A stretch of 33,435 bases of DNA from a virus. Its lineage: Duplodnaviria; Caudoviricetes. The notes under the pieces were generated by a model. That model made no database searches. It saw only the letters and a list, made by a program, of their open reading frames with translations, and had not been told where the DNA came from. The stretch lies in the IMG/VR virus record IMGVR_UViG_3300020045_006699, positions 1 through 33,435 of that record, one strand, 5' to 3'. Shown here in pieces: positions 18,688-27,776 of this stretch (position 1 is the first letter of the stretch; every line of letters starts with the position of its first letter). A program made the position numbers and the translations under genes.

Positions 18688-18819
18688 TTATTTATTAAAA
18701 ATGTTTCTTCCTATTTTGGCATTACGCCCTGTTTTGGTTAGCGGAATTTTTGTTATCCTGCTAACTGCAGTTTTTATCCTGGTGACGCCAGTTAATCGTT
18801 TAAATGAAAATCCAAACAT
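18688..18819 (-). CDS. Small basic protein (43 aa), not in ORF track
   Basis: Manual translation MFGFSFKRLTGVTRIKTAVSRITKIPLTKTGRNAKIGRNIFNK*; fills the gap in the leftward operon. Confidence 0.7.
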   Translation of the reverse strand: MFGFSFKRLTGVTRIKTAVSRITKIPLTKTGRNAKIGRNIFNK

Positions 18820-18840
18820 GATATTATTTTTTAGACGTTA

Positions 18841-19086
18841 TTATAGTTTGAATATAGCAACTATAGCCAGTTCGTCTATAACCCTGTTAGGAATTATTTT
18901 TACAGCATTTCCTTTATAAATTATATCAAATTCAATAGTCTGTAAATCATATTTCTGGAATAAATCGGAAACCATGTTGTAAATACTAATTCTGTTAGAT
19001 TCTGTTCTAGGCGTTAACATTACGTCTGTACATATTTTTTCGAAATCTATTCGTAGCTGTTTTAAATTTACTTTACTTTTTGCCAT
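18841..19086 (-). CDS. Hypothetical protein
   Basis: 81 aa ORF in leftward operon. Confidence 0.65.
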   Translation of the reverse strand: MAKSKVNLKQLRIDFEKICTDVMLTPRTESNRISIYNMVSDLFQKYDLQTIEFDIIYKGNAVKIIPNRVIDELAIVAIFKL

Positions 19087-19090
19087 GGTT

Positions 19091-19882
19091 TTAATATTTA
19101 CCGCGTAACATCCATTCGGGAAGCGACGCAGGAATTACTTTTTCTTCCAGTCCGTACCAGTCACCCGAAGCCAGGCACTGTAAATAAGTTTCGCAGTTAC
19201 GAATAACTGTTTCGCGCCCGAATATTAGCGATCTATCGTCCATAAACCGAAGCCCGATTTTATACGGTGCGTCCTGTTCAATATTTATAAACGCCATGCC
19301 GTCGAGTTTCAAACCTTCCATTTGTATAATGGCTTTTTTATCGTGTCTGAAATTACCCGCTTCCTTCTGGAAGTTATTTAGCGAAGCGTCTTTAGTAGAC
19401 ATTAAATGGACTATAATTCCGCCACTATGCACGAAATGCGGACGAAATTTAATAGGCGCGCCAGTTTCTGACTGTTCAAACTTTGTAGGCGTTCCTATGG
19501 TCCCTGCGCCGCATAGAATTTTAGCTGTAGGGTGTTTCGTTATAGCGTCCCGCATTTTCTGGATAGTGTCGTATTCTGTAGCTGACAGAATTAGTAAACC
19601 ATTTGTAGACGCGTGACGTTCTAAAAAAGCCCATTCCGATTTGCCTACGCTAGTGGTTTTATTTAGCGTCGGACCTTTAACGTATTTATGCGCAAATAGT
19701 TTTGGTTCAAATACAGCACAGCGCAGCGCGTCGTCGAATAACGTTTTCGCGTCCGCTACATACGGTTCGCGATCTGGGCGTAAATACTTCCACCAATAGT
19801 CCAGGGGTGAAATGTCTATTTTATCTAGCCCAGATTTCGAAACTGCAGTGGTATCTGAATCGTAATTATTTAGGTATTCCAT
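19091..19882 (-). CDS. RecE/DUF3799 PD-(D/E)XK exonuclease-like protein with degenerate active site
   Basis: S.SGL..I..SP..Y, K.RP.., IV.L.ST.DAS...F, FI..E...PY, Y..CL..G.W.G, LP.W; catalytic positions read PH...HLM. Confidence 0.8.
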   Translation of the reverse strand: MEYLNNYDSDTTAVSKSGLDKIDISPLDYWWKYLRPDREPYVADAKTLFDDALRCAVFEPKLFAHKYVKGPTLNKTTSVGKSEWAFLERHASTNGLLILSATEYDTIQKMRDAITKHPTAKILCGAGTIGTPTKFEQSETGAPIKFRPHFVHSGGIIVHLMSTKDASLNNFQKEAGNFRHDKKAIIQMEGLKLDGMAFINIEQDAPYKIGLRFMDDRSLIFGRETVIRNCETYLQCLASGDWYGLEEKVIPASLPEWMLRGKY

Positions 19883-20066
19883 AGCCTATAAGTTTTCTGC
19901 TGCTGCTGTGTGGTGTTGTGAAAACTTCGTATTTATACGAACGCTGCCCGTAGGCGTATGCGTCGGCTTTTTTAAGGTCTGTTATAAAAACAGTGCGTCC
20001 GTCGTCTATTCTAGGTTCGACGTCTACACCTTCGGCGGTGTAATATCCTTCGCGATCTTTTGCCAT
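19866..20066 (-). CDS. Hypothetical protein
   Basis: 66 aa, first gene after the leftward promoter. Confidence 0.7.
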   Translation of the reverse strand: MAKDREGYYTAEGVDVEPRIDDGRTVFITDLKKADAYAYGQRSYKYEVFTTPHSSSRKLIGYGIPK

Positions 20067-20096
20067 TTTGAAATGATTTTAGAATTAATAGTGACG

Positions 20097-20104
20097 CAAA
20101 CGTA
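20097..20104 (-). promoter_or_regulatory. Leftward promoter -7 element
   Basis: TACGTTTG on minus strand (TAnnTTTG). Confidence 0.6.
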
Positions 20105-20134
20105 TAACATAATTTTCGAATAAAAAAATATTTT

Positions 20135-20187
20135 CATTAAAAATAATATATTAAATTTGCTACATTAAAAATAATGTTTATGTTTGC
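20135..20187 (+). promoter_or_regulatory. Rightward promoter with two CATTA-N4-TAATG-type operators
   Basis: TTTG 20156-20159, TATGTTTG 20179-20186; operators 20135-20148 and 20163-20176; near copy at 27512-27564. Confidence 0.75.
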
Positions 20188-20205
20188 AGTAATAAAAACG
20201 GAATT

Positions 20206-20604
20206 ATGAATATAAAAGTAAGATTATGGAACCCTGCGGCTAAAGTGCTTACTGCAGGTATAGATTTAAATACTTTGTTACTTACAACAGATAAAGAATT
20301 TGTAGACGAATTTATAGCAAAGAAAATGCAATGGCTGCAGTTTATATCTGCTAAAGATTGGCGTGCTACTGAAATTTACGAAGACGACATAGTAGCTATT
20401 TCAAAAAAAGACGGTTCTACATTTGTGGGTGTTGTAAAATATAGTTTTCAAATGTCTGCGTACTTTGTTACTGACACTAAAAAATATATGAACTTCGGCG
20501 ACTGTGCGCAAAGTTGGACAGACGAAGACCCAGACGTAGTTTATTTAACGAATTTAGAAGTAATAGGAAACGTTTACTTTAATCCTGAATTATTAAAGTT
20601 ATGA
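20206..20604 (+). CDS. YopX family protein
   Basis: IK.R.W, Q...KD...EIYE.DIV, EVIGN.Y.NPELL. Confidence 0.85.
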   Translation: MNIKVRLWNPAAKVLTAGIDLNTLLLTTDKEFVDEFIAKKMQWLQFISAKDWRATEIYEDDIVAISKKDGSTFVGVVKYSFQMSAYFVTDTKKYMNFGDCAQSWTDEDPDVVYLTNLEVIGNVYFNPELLKL

Positions 20605-20840
20605 GCGCTACAGATTTTGCACCAGACACCAGTAAGGAATTTAATGTTTCGAATTTGAAGGCTACTATAAATAGCTGTAATTCTGTCGAAGGATTAAAGC
20701 GTTATAAATATGCCTGCGAAGGCGCTATAACTTCCTGGGACAGTTCGAAGCATAAGGACGCAGAAAAAAACGTGGTTTTCTTTACTGCTGCCCTGCACTA
20801 TACTAATAAAAAGCTAAAACGATTAACCAAACCAAAATAA
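20601..20840 (+). CDS. Hypothetical protein
   Basis: 79 aa, ATGA overlap. Confidence 0.7.
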   Translation: MSATDFAPDTSKEFNVSNLKATINSCNSVEGLKRYKYACEGAITSWDSSKHKDAEKNVVFFTAALHYTNKKLKRLTKPK

Positions 20841-20867
20841 GCACGTCCGCCACTTTGAAATCTGCGC

Positions 20868-21005
20868 TTGTCGGCGCCGTAGGCATACACTATGAAGTGC
20901 AGGGCAAAACGTGTAAAAAGTATTCATGCTGCCAATAGTGTACAGACTGACGCCGATAATTCGGCAAACGGGAACAGGACTGCGAAATGGGGCTTCGCAG
21001 TCTTT
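20868..21005 (+). ncRNA. Candidate structured RNA / attenuator
   Basis: Relatively GC-rich 200-nt intergenic region with nested complementary arms and a GACTGCGAA/TTCGCAGTC hairpin. Confidence 0.4.
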
Positions 21006-21043
21006 AGTACCACAAAAGTATTAATAATAAAAACCTATATATA

Positions 21044-21256
21044 ATGTCAGACGAAAAAAAAATAGACGAAATTAAAAGACTATGCGCGGAAGCAGGATTT
21101 ACTGTAGCCGAAGTTTTAAGGGAAGCGAAAATTCCATATTCCACAGTTCAGAACTGGGAAGTTAAGGACCCGAAGCCCTTCGAAACAGAACGGACTATTA
21201 AAAACACTTTGGCAGAAATGATAAAAGAAAAATCCAAATCTAACGCAGTAGCCTAA
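21044..21256 (+). CDS. Cro/XRE-like helix-turn-helix protein
   Basis: IKRLC.EAG.T.AEV.REA.I.YSTVQNW. Confidence 0.8.
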   Translation: MSDEKKIDEIKRLCAEAGFTVAEVLREAKIPYSTVQNWEVKDPKPFETERTIKNTLAEMIKEKSKSNAVA

Positions 21257-21280
21257 CTGTATTTTAAACCAACTTTTTAA

Positions 21281-22852
21281 ATGATTAATTTACGCCATTA
21301 TCAAAATACAATGGTAGCGGGGATTCGTAGCTGTTTCCGTCGCCTATATAAAGACACTTCCGAAACGGTTAATTCCGTCCTGGCAGTGCTTCCTACTGGT
21401 GGCGGAAAAACTGTAGTCTTTACCTATATAGCCCAGAAAATGTCGCTAAAACAGAAGAAAGTTATTATTCTGGTCCACAGAATAGAACTGCTTCGCCAGA
21501 CTTCTACAGCGCTGTCTAAATTCGACGTAGAACACGGAATTATAAACCCAAAATATACGCCGAACTTCGTTAACGATGTTCAGGTAGCCAGTGTACAGAC
21601 TATAATAAAACGCCTAAATTATTTTGCCGCCCTTAACTGGGTAGCGGACGCTATAATTATCGACGAAGCCCACCACGCCACGGCGGGTTCCTGGAACAAA
21701 ATTATAAACCATTTCCTAGTGCTGAACCCACAGCTAAAAATTATCGGGGTTACTGCTACGCCTATACGTGGCGACGGACAGGGACTGGGACTGGATTACG
21801 GCGGACTGTTCCAGGAAATGGTAGTAGGTCCACAGGTACAGGATTTAATAGACGAAGGGTTTTTAGTAAAACCGCGAATATTTGGACCGCCAGAAAAACT
21901 AGACCTAACAGGAATCCATACTTCTATGGGTGACTATAAAAAAGACGAACTTTCGGCTTTGGTGGACAAACCAAAAATTACTGGCGACGCTGTGGACCAT
22001 TACCGCGAATTATGTCCAGGCGCACCTGCAGTAGTTTTCTGCGTGTCGGTAGACCACGCCGAACACGTAGCGCAGCAGTTCCGCGACGCAGGCTATAGAT
22101 TTTACGCTGTAGACGGCACAATGGACGACGATACCAGGAAAACAATTCTAGGCGGTCTGGCAGACGGAAGCGTGGACGGTGTGTGTTCCTGCGACCTTAT
22201 ATCTGAAGGGACCGACATTCCCGCTATTGGCTGTGCTATACTACTACGACCTACAAAATCCAAAGGGCTATATTTACAGCAGGTAGGGCGGGCGCTACGT
22301 CCATACGAAGGCAAGGAATATGCGTTTATTCTGGACCACGTAGGAAACACCGAAGCGCACGGGCTGCCGTACCAGTTCCAGGAATGGACACTGGAAGGAA
22401 TAACGAAGCGCGGGCGTTCTGGGTCAGTAGAAACCCTGGTTCGTGTTGCTATGTGTGAATCCTGTTTTATGCAGCAGGAACCTGCGCCAGTTTGCGTCGG
22501 CTGCGGGCACGTAATGAAAAAACCTGTAGACAATACACCGAAGCAGGTCGAAGGTAAACTTCGCGAAATTACCGAAGTAAATATTCAGAAAAAAGCAGCC
22601 AAAATAGAACAGGGCAAAAGTCAAACCCTGGAAGACCTTATAAAAATAGCTTCGCAGCGCGGACACAAAGAATCCTGGGCGCACCATGTTTTTAATGCTA
22701 AACAGCGTAAAATCGAAAAACTAGCACAGGAACAGGAATTAAAAAAAATAATGAAATACGGGACAGAAATTCCGTTTACAGAAGTAGTCGAAGAAGTAAC
22801 AAAAATCGAACAGCCAGTTTTTGAAGGGTTCGACGAAAACCTGGATTTTTAA
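21281..22852 (+). CDS. SF2 DEAD/DEAH-box helicase with C-terminal zinc ribbon
   Basis: LR.YQ, PTGGGKT, DEAH, TATP, EG.D.P, QQVGRALR, CxxC..CxxC. Confidence 0.95.
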   Translation: MINLRHYQNTMVAGIRSCFRRLYKDTSETVNSVLAVLPTGGGKTVVFTYIAQKMSLKQKKVIILVHRIELLRQTSTALSKFDVEHGIINPKYTPNFVNDVQVASVQTIIKRLNYFAALNWVADAIIIDEAHHATAGSWNKIINHFLVLNPQLKIIGVTATPIRGDGQGLGLDYGGLFQEMVVGPQVQDLIDEGFLVKPRIFGPPEKLDLTGIHTSMGDYKKDELSALVDKPKITGDAVDHYRELCPGAPAVVFCVSVDHAEHVAQQFRDAGYRFYAVDGTMDDDTRKTILGGLADGSVDGVCSCDLISEGTDIPAIGCAILLRPTKSKGLYLQQVGRALRPYEGKEYAFILDHVGNTEAHGLPYQFQEWTLEGITKRGRSGSVETLVRVAMCESCFMQQEPAPVCVGCGHVMKKPVDNTPKQVEGKLREITEVNIQKKAAKIEQGKSQTLEDLIKIASQRGHKESWAHHVFNAKQRKIEKLAQEQELKKIMKYGTEIPFTEVVEEVTKIEQPVFEGFDENLDF

Positions 22853-23316
22853 TGGAACATTTTACACCAAAACATTTAGCGTTCCAGGTTTCGGAATCCA
22901 AAAAGAAAGCAGGCATTTTTTGCTGCGCTTATGGCTGCAAAAATTCCGCCAATAAAAAGAAACGCGGTCTGTGCCACAAACACTATAACATACACCGCAG
23001 AATAGTAGACCCAGTTTATAACAGGTATCACAATTTTAAAAACAATGCAGCCAAACGTCCCTGGCATGGTGAAATAGGAATTCCGTTCGAAATAACCCTG
23101 GAAGAATTTCGGGAATTTTGCCAACGAACGGGCTATATAATCCAGAAGGGCAAACGTGGCAGAAATTGCACTATAGACAGGGTAAAAAACGAATTCGGTT
23201 ACTATATATGGAATATAGAAATAAGGTCGCACGAAGCCAACGTTCGGAAGTACCACAGGGAAGACAAACATTTTACAGAATTAGATCCAGAAGACGAAGA
23301 CTATTTACCATTTTAA
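22852..23316 (+). CDS. HNH-like endonuclease with N-terminal Cys/His finger
   Basis: C..GC..GLC.KHY; F.IT.EEF; TIDR..N..GY...NI......N. Confidence 0.7.
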   Translation: MEHFTPKHLAFQVSESKKKAGIFCCAYGCKNSANKKKRGLCHKHYNIHRRIVDPVYNRYHNFKNNAAKRPWHGEIGIPFEITLEEFREFCQRTGYIIQKGKRGRNCTIDRVKNEFGYYIWNIEIRSHEANVRKYHREDKHFTELDPEDEDYLPF

Positions 23317-23318
23317 CT

Positions 23319-23981
23319 ATGATAGGAATTTATAAAATAACATCACCTTCAAACCGAATCTATATCGGACAAAGTACTGAAGTTGAAACTAGAATAAAAG
23401 AATACGGCTATATTTACAAAAGTAAAAAGCAAACCCGCCTACATGCTTCGTTTATAAAACACGGCGTCGAAAATCATGTGTTTGAAATATTGCAGGAATG
23501 TACTATAGCAGAATTAAACGACCGCGAACGCTACTGGCAGGATTTTTATAACGTTACTGGTCCAAAAGGGTTAAATTGTGATTTAGTAGACAGCACTAAC
23601 GCACCTAAAAAACGTTCCGCGGAAACTAAAAATAAAATAGCTAAAAAATTGCAGGGACACACTTATAATTTAGGAAGAAAATTTACTGGCGAAACTCTTT
23701 TGCAGGTTCAAAAAGGTTCTAAAGCTAGGATAGGAATTCCTTTGGCAGAATCGACAAAAAAACTTTTAAGAGAAGCTAATTTAGGTAAAAAAGCGACGCC
23801 AGAAGCTAGAAAAAACATGTCTATTAAAAACGGAATGTCTAAAATAGTATTGAATTTAGAAACTGGAATTTTTCACAGTTCAGTTAAAGAAGTTTCTGTA
23901 ACCTATAGTTTAAATCAAAACGTTTTAATTCAGAAACTAGGAAGACATAAAAAAAATAACACACAATTCACTTATATATGA
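23319..23981 (+). CDS. GIY-YIG homing endonuclease with NUMOD3-like repeats
   Basis: MIGIYKITSPSNRIYIGQS...R, E..W, GLN, S.ETK.KI; true start ATG 23319. Confidence 0.9.
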   Translation: MIGIYKITSPSNRIYIGQSTEVETRIKEYGYIYKSKKQTRLHASFIKHGVENHVFEILQECTIAELNDRERYWQDFYNVTGPKGLNCDLVDSTNAPKKRSAETKNKIAKKLQGHTYNLGRKFTGETLLQVQKGSKARIGIPLAESTKKLLREANLGKKATPEARKNMSIKNGMSKIVLNLETGIFHSSVKEVSVTYSLNQNVLIQKLGRHKKNNTQFTYI

Positions 23982-24391
23982 AAGAAGGCGATTTAATGAA
24001 ATTAATAATGCTAAAACTAGGCGCTATTCCTGGTGTTAGAATTTTTAGAAATAATGTCGGAAATTGTTGGACAGGCAAAGCCGCGAAAATGACTGTTCGC
24101 AAACAAATCTGGGTAAACCCTGGCGACGTTATTATAGAAAACGGACGTTTCTTCCACGCGGGACTGTGTGTCGGCAGTTCGGATTTAATCGGTTTTAAAT
24201 CCGTTGAGGTTACGCAGGAAATGGTCGGAACGAAAGTCGCTATATTCCTGGCGCCAGAAATCAAAACCAAAACGGGGCGACCGTCACCAGAACAGAAAGC
24301 ATTTATAGCAATGGTCCAGGCACACGGCGGAATAGCCTACGTCGCCACCAATGAATTAGAAGCCGTAGAATTTTTAAATACTAAAAAATAA
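23978..24391 (+). CDS. VRR-NUC domain nuclease
   Basis: E..L, FRNNVG, GL..GSSDLIG, EIKT..GR.S.EQ..F..V...GG.A. Confidence 0.9.
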   Translation: MKEGDLMKLIMLKLGAIPGVRIFRNNVGNCWTGKAAKMTVRKQIWVNPGDVIIENGRFFHAGLCVGSSDLIGFKSVEVTQEMVGTKVAIFLAPEIKTKTGRPSPEQKAFIAMVQAHGGIAYVATNELEAVEFLNTKK

Positions 24392-24395
24392 ATAT

Positions 24396-24626
24396 ATGAA
24401 ATCAAATTTAATAATACACAGTATAACTAGCAGCGTAGGCGCTAATGAATATTCTAGCGTAGAAATGATAGCAGACACTAAAACTGGCGAAACAGAATTA
24501 GTAGTTACCAAAACTATTAGAGAAAGTTACCCTATAACTGACTATGATAAAGTAATGCAACTACACGCTAATTTGAATCGCGGCGGCGGGCGCAAAAAAT
24601 GGAGTTTAGAAGATTTAACAAAGTAA
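24396..24626 (+). CDS. Hypothetical protein
   Basis: 76 aa ORF in operon. Confidence 0.65.
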   Translation: MKSNLIIHSITSSVGANEYSSVEMIADTKTGETELVVTKTIRESYPITDYDKVMQLHANLNRGGGRKKWSLEDLTK

Positions 24627-24683
24627 TTAAAATATAAATATTTAATTTACATTTACCACCCGCCAAACCCAAACCAACCAAAC

Positions 24684-27503
24684 ATGGATTTTAAAGAAAT
24701 CAAAAATTCTTATCATATTGAAGACGTAATAGGCGCACACCTTCCAGGCGGATTAAAACGCCAGGGGTCGCAGTGGGTCGGTAACTGCCCGTTCCATGAC
24801 GACGAACACGCGTCGCTAAAAGTTTCCACCACAAAAAACCTGTTTAAATGTTTCGTTACTTCCTGCGGTAAGGGCGGCGACATGTTCGACTTTTTTACTT
24901 TGCAGGGAAAATCAGTCCAGGAAGCCGCAGCGATTATAACAGGCGGTTCCATTATGCCTGCAGCAGCACCCAGAGTAGCGCAGCCAGTAAAAAAATGGAT
25001 TAACGCTGTACCGAACCAGAACGCGCTGCCAAATCCGTTAACACTAAATTTATCCAGATACCCTGCACCGCCTGTAGCGTTCTGGGCGTACCATGACGCA
25101 AACGGTAACGTTATCGGTTTTACATGTCGTTTTGATCTGCCAGAAGGTAAAAAAGATGTCCTTCCGTATTCTTTTAAACAGCAGGTCGACGAACAGGGGC
25201 TTCCGCTAGGGAACGCTGTCTGGCGGTGGTCCGAACTGGACAAACCTAGACCGCTATATAATCTACACGAATTAACCAGGCGCCCTGCAGCTATTGTTTT
25301 GGTGGTCGAAGGCGAAAAAACCTGCGACGCTGCAAAACGATTATTTCCGCAGTACGTTTGCACTACCTGGATAGGCGGCAGCGATAACGTTCGCTACACA
25401 GACTGGACACCGCTAACTGGTCGAAATATATTCCTGTGGGCGGATAATGATCTGGCAGGACTACACGCTATGTTCGGCGGTTGGTCCCTAAACGAAAAAA
25501 CAAATAATTACACCCGTGTAACTGGTATAGCCGAACTGTTCCAGGCGAATTTCAAATGGATAAAAAACGAACCTACATTTCCTAAAAAATGGGACGTAGC
25601 CGACGCAGACTGGACACCAGAACAGGCTGTAGAATATTTGAAGGCGCACCGCTTCGAAATTCCTACTGTTTCGGAAAATCCGCCGAACGAATTACCTGTA
25701 GCCACCAAACCAGAAACGCCTGCCGTTCCAGAACCTGCAGCAGTTCCGAAATCAGTTCCTAAAAAAACCGAATTCGAACAGCCTAAAAACAAATATTTTA
25801 AATGCATGGGCTACGAAACCCAGAACGATTCCTGCGTTTATGTTTTCTTCGTGTACCGTACTAATATAATAGTGAAGCTATCACCAGGCGGAATAAACAC
25901 TTCTAACCTGCTGCAGTTGGCGCCACTAAATTACTGGGAAGGAACCTATCCGAAGCAGTCACGTTCTGGCGGTGTTAAATTCGAAATTAACACAGTAGCA
26001 GACAGTCTAATTTCTATCTGTAGCCGTATGGGTATTTTTAACCCAGAAAAAATTCGCGGGCGTGGCGCCTGGATAGATAATGGCGTTCCAGTGATCCACT
26101 GCGGCGACACACTTATAGTTAACGGTGTTTATACTTCGTTCCACAAACACCAGACGAAATATATTTACGAAGCAGGGCGCGAACTAGGTTTTACACTTAC
26201 AAAGCCGCTTCCAAAATCGGAAGCATACAAACTAATAAAAATCCTGGAACGTCTGAACTGGGGACGCGACATAGACGCCCGATTAATTGCAGGGTGGATA
26301 GTTGTAGCGCCATTATGCGGGGCGTTAACCTGGCGTTCGCATTTGTGGTTAACTGGCGCGTCTGGTTCTGGTAAATCCTGGGTTATGAATAAATTAGTTA
26401 AGCGCCTTCTGGGAAAATCTGCAGTCGACGCACAGTCTGGAACTACCGAAGCGGGAATTCGCCAGTATTTAGGACCAGACGCACTGCCTGTAGTTTTTGA
26501 TGAAGCCGAAGCCGAAGACAAACGCGGCGCCGAACGTATGCAGTCGGTCCTGGAAATTATGCGGGCTTCGTCTACGTCGGACAGTGGTAAAATTATTAAA
26601 GGTTCTGGAACAGGTACTGCAGCACAGTTCGACCTACGTTCGTGTTTCGCCTTCGCGTCGATCCTGTCCAGTTTGTCGCAGCGTTCCGACATTTCCAGAA
26701 TTACAGTCCTGGAACTGAAAAAAGACCTACGAATAAACCACCGCGAAATCTGGGAAGAAACTTTAGAAATATACCATAACACAGTAACGGAAGACTATAT
26801 TAACGCCTTCCAGTCCAGGTCTGTTATGCTGCTGCCTACAATTCTAAAAAACGCTGCTACATTTTCAACTGCTGCGGCTGCCGAATTAGATTCGCAGCGT
26901 ACAGGGGACCAGTTAGGCGCACTATTGGCGGGTGCTTATAGTTTGACTTCAGACAGTGAAATTTCACTGGAAGACGCTAAAAAATGGATCAAAGAACGCG
27001 ACTGGTCCGCAGAAAAACTACTGGAATCTACCAGGGACGAAGTTAAAATTATTAATAAAATAATGGATTCCGAAACCATGGTAGAAACGACAGGCTATGG
27101 AAGAATAACGCGGACCATAGGCGAACTGGTAATTATAGCCCGTGGCGACGTAATGGCGCAGTCTGAATACATGATAAACGAAGACCTGGCGAAAACTACG
27201 ATTCGACGTCTGGGAATGCGTGTCGACGGATTTAACCTGGTTATTTCGGACACGTCGGACTACATTAACAGGCTGCTATCAAACACGCCATATTCTAAAA
27301 ATTTTAATACGATTCTTTGCAGAATTGACGGCGCCCAGAAAATGGAACCGACCACGTTCGCGTCTGGCATAAAATCCAGGGCGGTTAAAATTGACACGCG
27401 CGCCATATTTGGCGACTACGAAAACCCAGGCGCAAGTGTCACAGAAGCAGAATTAACCAAAAGCAAAACTAACCATGAACCAGAACCAGGGTTATTCGAT
27501 TAA
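24684..27503 (+). CDS. Primase-helicase (CHC2 zinc finger + TOPRIM + P-loop ATPase)
   Basis: CPFH..FKCF..C; RPLY, VEGEK..D, ADND..G; GASGSGKS; VVFDEAE. Confidence 0.92.
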   Translation: MDFKEIKNSYHIEDVIGAHLPGGLKRQGSQWVGNCPFHDDEHASLKVSTTKNLFKCFVTSCGKGGDMFDFFTLQGKSVQEAAAIITGGSIMPAAAPRVAQPVKKWINAVPNQNALPNPLTLNLSRYPAPPVAFWAYHDANGNVIGFTCRFDLPEGKKDVLPYSFKQQVDEQGLPLGNAVWRWSELDKPRPLYNLHELTRRPAAIVLVVEGEKTCDAAKRLFPQYVCTTWIGGSDNVRYTDWTPLTGRNIFLWADNDLAGLHAMFGGWSLNEKTNNYTRVTGIAELFQANFKWIKNEPTFPKKWDVADADWTPEQAVEYLKAHRFEIPTVSENPPNELPVATKPETPAVPEPAAVPKSVPKKTEFEQPKNKYFKCMGYETQNDSCVYVFFVYRTNIIVKLSPGGINTSNLLQLAPLNYWEGTYPKQSRSGGVKFEINTVADSLISICSRMGIFNPEKIRGRGAWIDNGVPVIHCGDTLIVNGVYTSFHKHQTKYIYEAGRELGFTLTKPLPKSEAYKLIKILERLNWGRDIDARLIAGWIVVAPLCGALTWRSHLWLTGASGSGKSWVMNKLVKRLLGKSAVDAQSGTTEAGIRQYLGPDALPVVFDEAEAEDKRGAERMQSVLEIMRASSTSDSGKIIKGSGTGTAAQFDLRSCFAFASILSSLSQRSDISRITVLELKKDLRINHREIWEETLEIYHNTVTEDYINAFQSRSVMLLPTILKNAATFSTAAAAELDSQRTGDQLGALLAGAYSLTSDSEISLEDAKKWIKERDWSAEKLLESTRDEVKIINKIMDSETMVETTGYGRITRTIGELVIIARGDVMAQSEYMINEDLAKTTIRRLGMRVDGFNLVISDTSDYINRLLSNTPYSKNFNTILCRIDGAQKMEPTTFASGIKSRAVKIDTRAIFGDYENPGASVTEAELTKSKTNHEPEPGLFD

Positions 27504-27511
27504 ATAAATTT

Positions 27512-27564
27512 CATTAAATTTAATGTATTAAATTTGGTGTATTAAAAATAATGTATATATTTGC
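27512..27564 (+). promoter_or_regulatory. Second copy of operator-bearing promoter
   Basis: CATTAAATTTAATG 27512-27525, TTTG 27533-27536, TATTAAAAATAATG 27540-27553, TATATTTG 27556-27563. Confidence 0.75.
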
Positions 27565-27585
27565 CTAACTATAATTTACAGAACC

Positions 27586-27771
27586 ATGACAGAAGCAGAA
27601 TTACAAAAAGTAGCCACTATGGAAAAATTTCTAAAAGAAGCATTTTGCGTAGACGGACCAGTAAAATTATTAGGATTTGATAAATTGGAAATTTTAAAAG
27701 AAACTGTAATGACTTTTGAATTAACCGATTCAAAACGCGGAAAATTTAACGTTTCATTATCGCAAAAATAA
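27586..27771 (+). CDS. Hypothetical protein
   Basis: 61 aa, first gene after promoter. Confidence 0.7.
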   Translation: MTEAELQKVATMEKFLKEAFCVDGPVKLLGFDKLEILKETVMTFELTDSKRGKFNVSLSQK

Positions 27772-27776
27772 CAACT

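Noticed and set aside
20946-20970. Hammerhead ribozyme or c-di-GMP-I riboswitch
   Set aside because: CUGAC-stem-AAAC lacks the required CUGANGA and GAAA core; the GGCAAAC words are not followed by the GNRA stem and receptor of c-di-GMP-I
23118-23318. N-terminal extension of the GIY-YIG ORF
   Set aside because: It overlaps the HNH gene; the GIY motif begins right after ATG 23319
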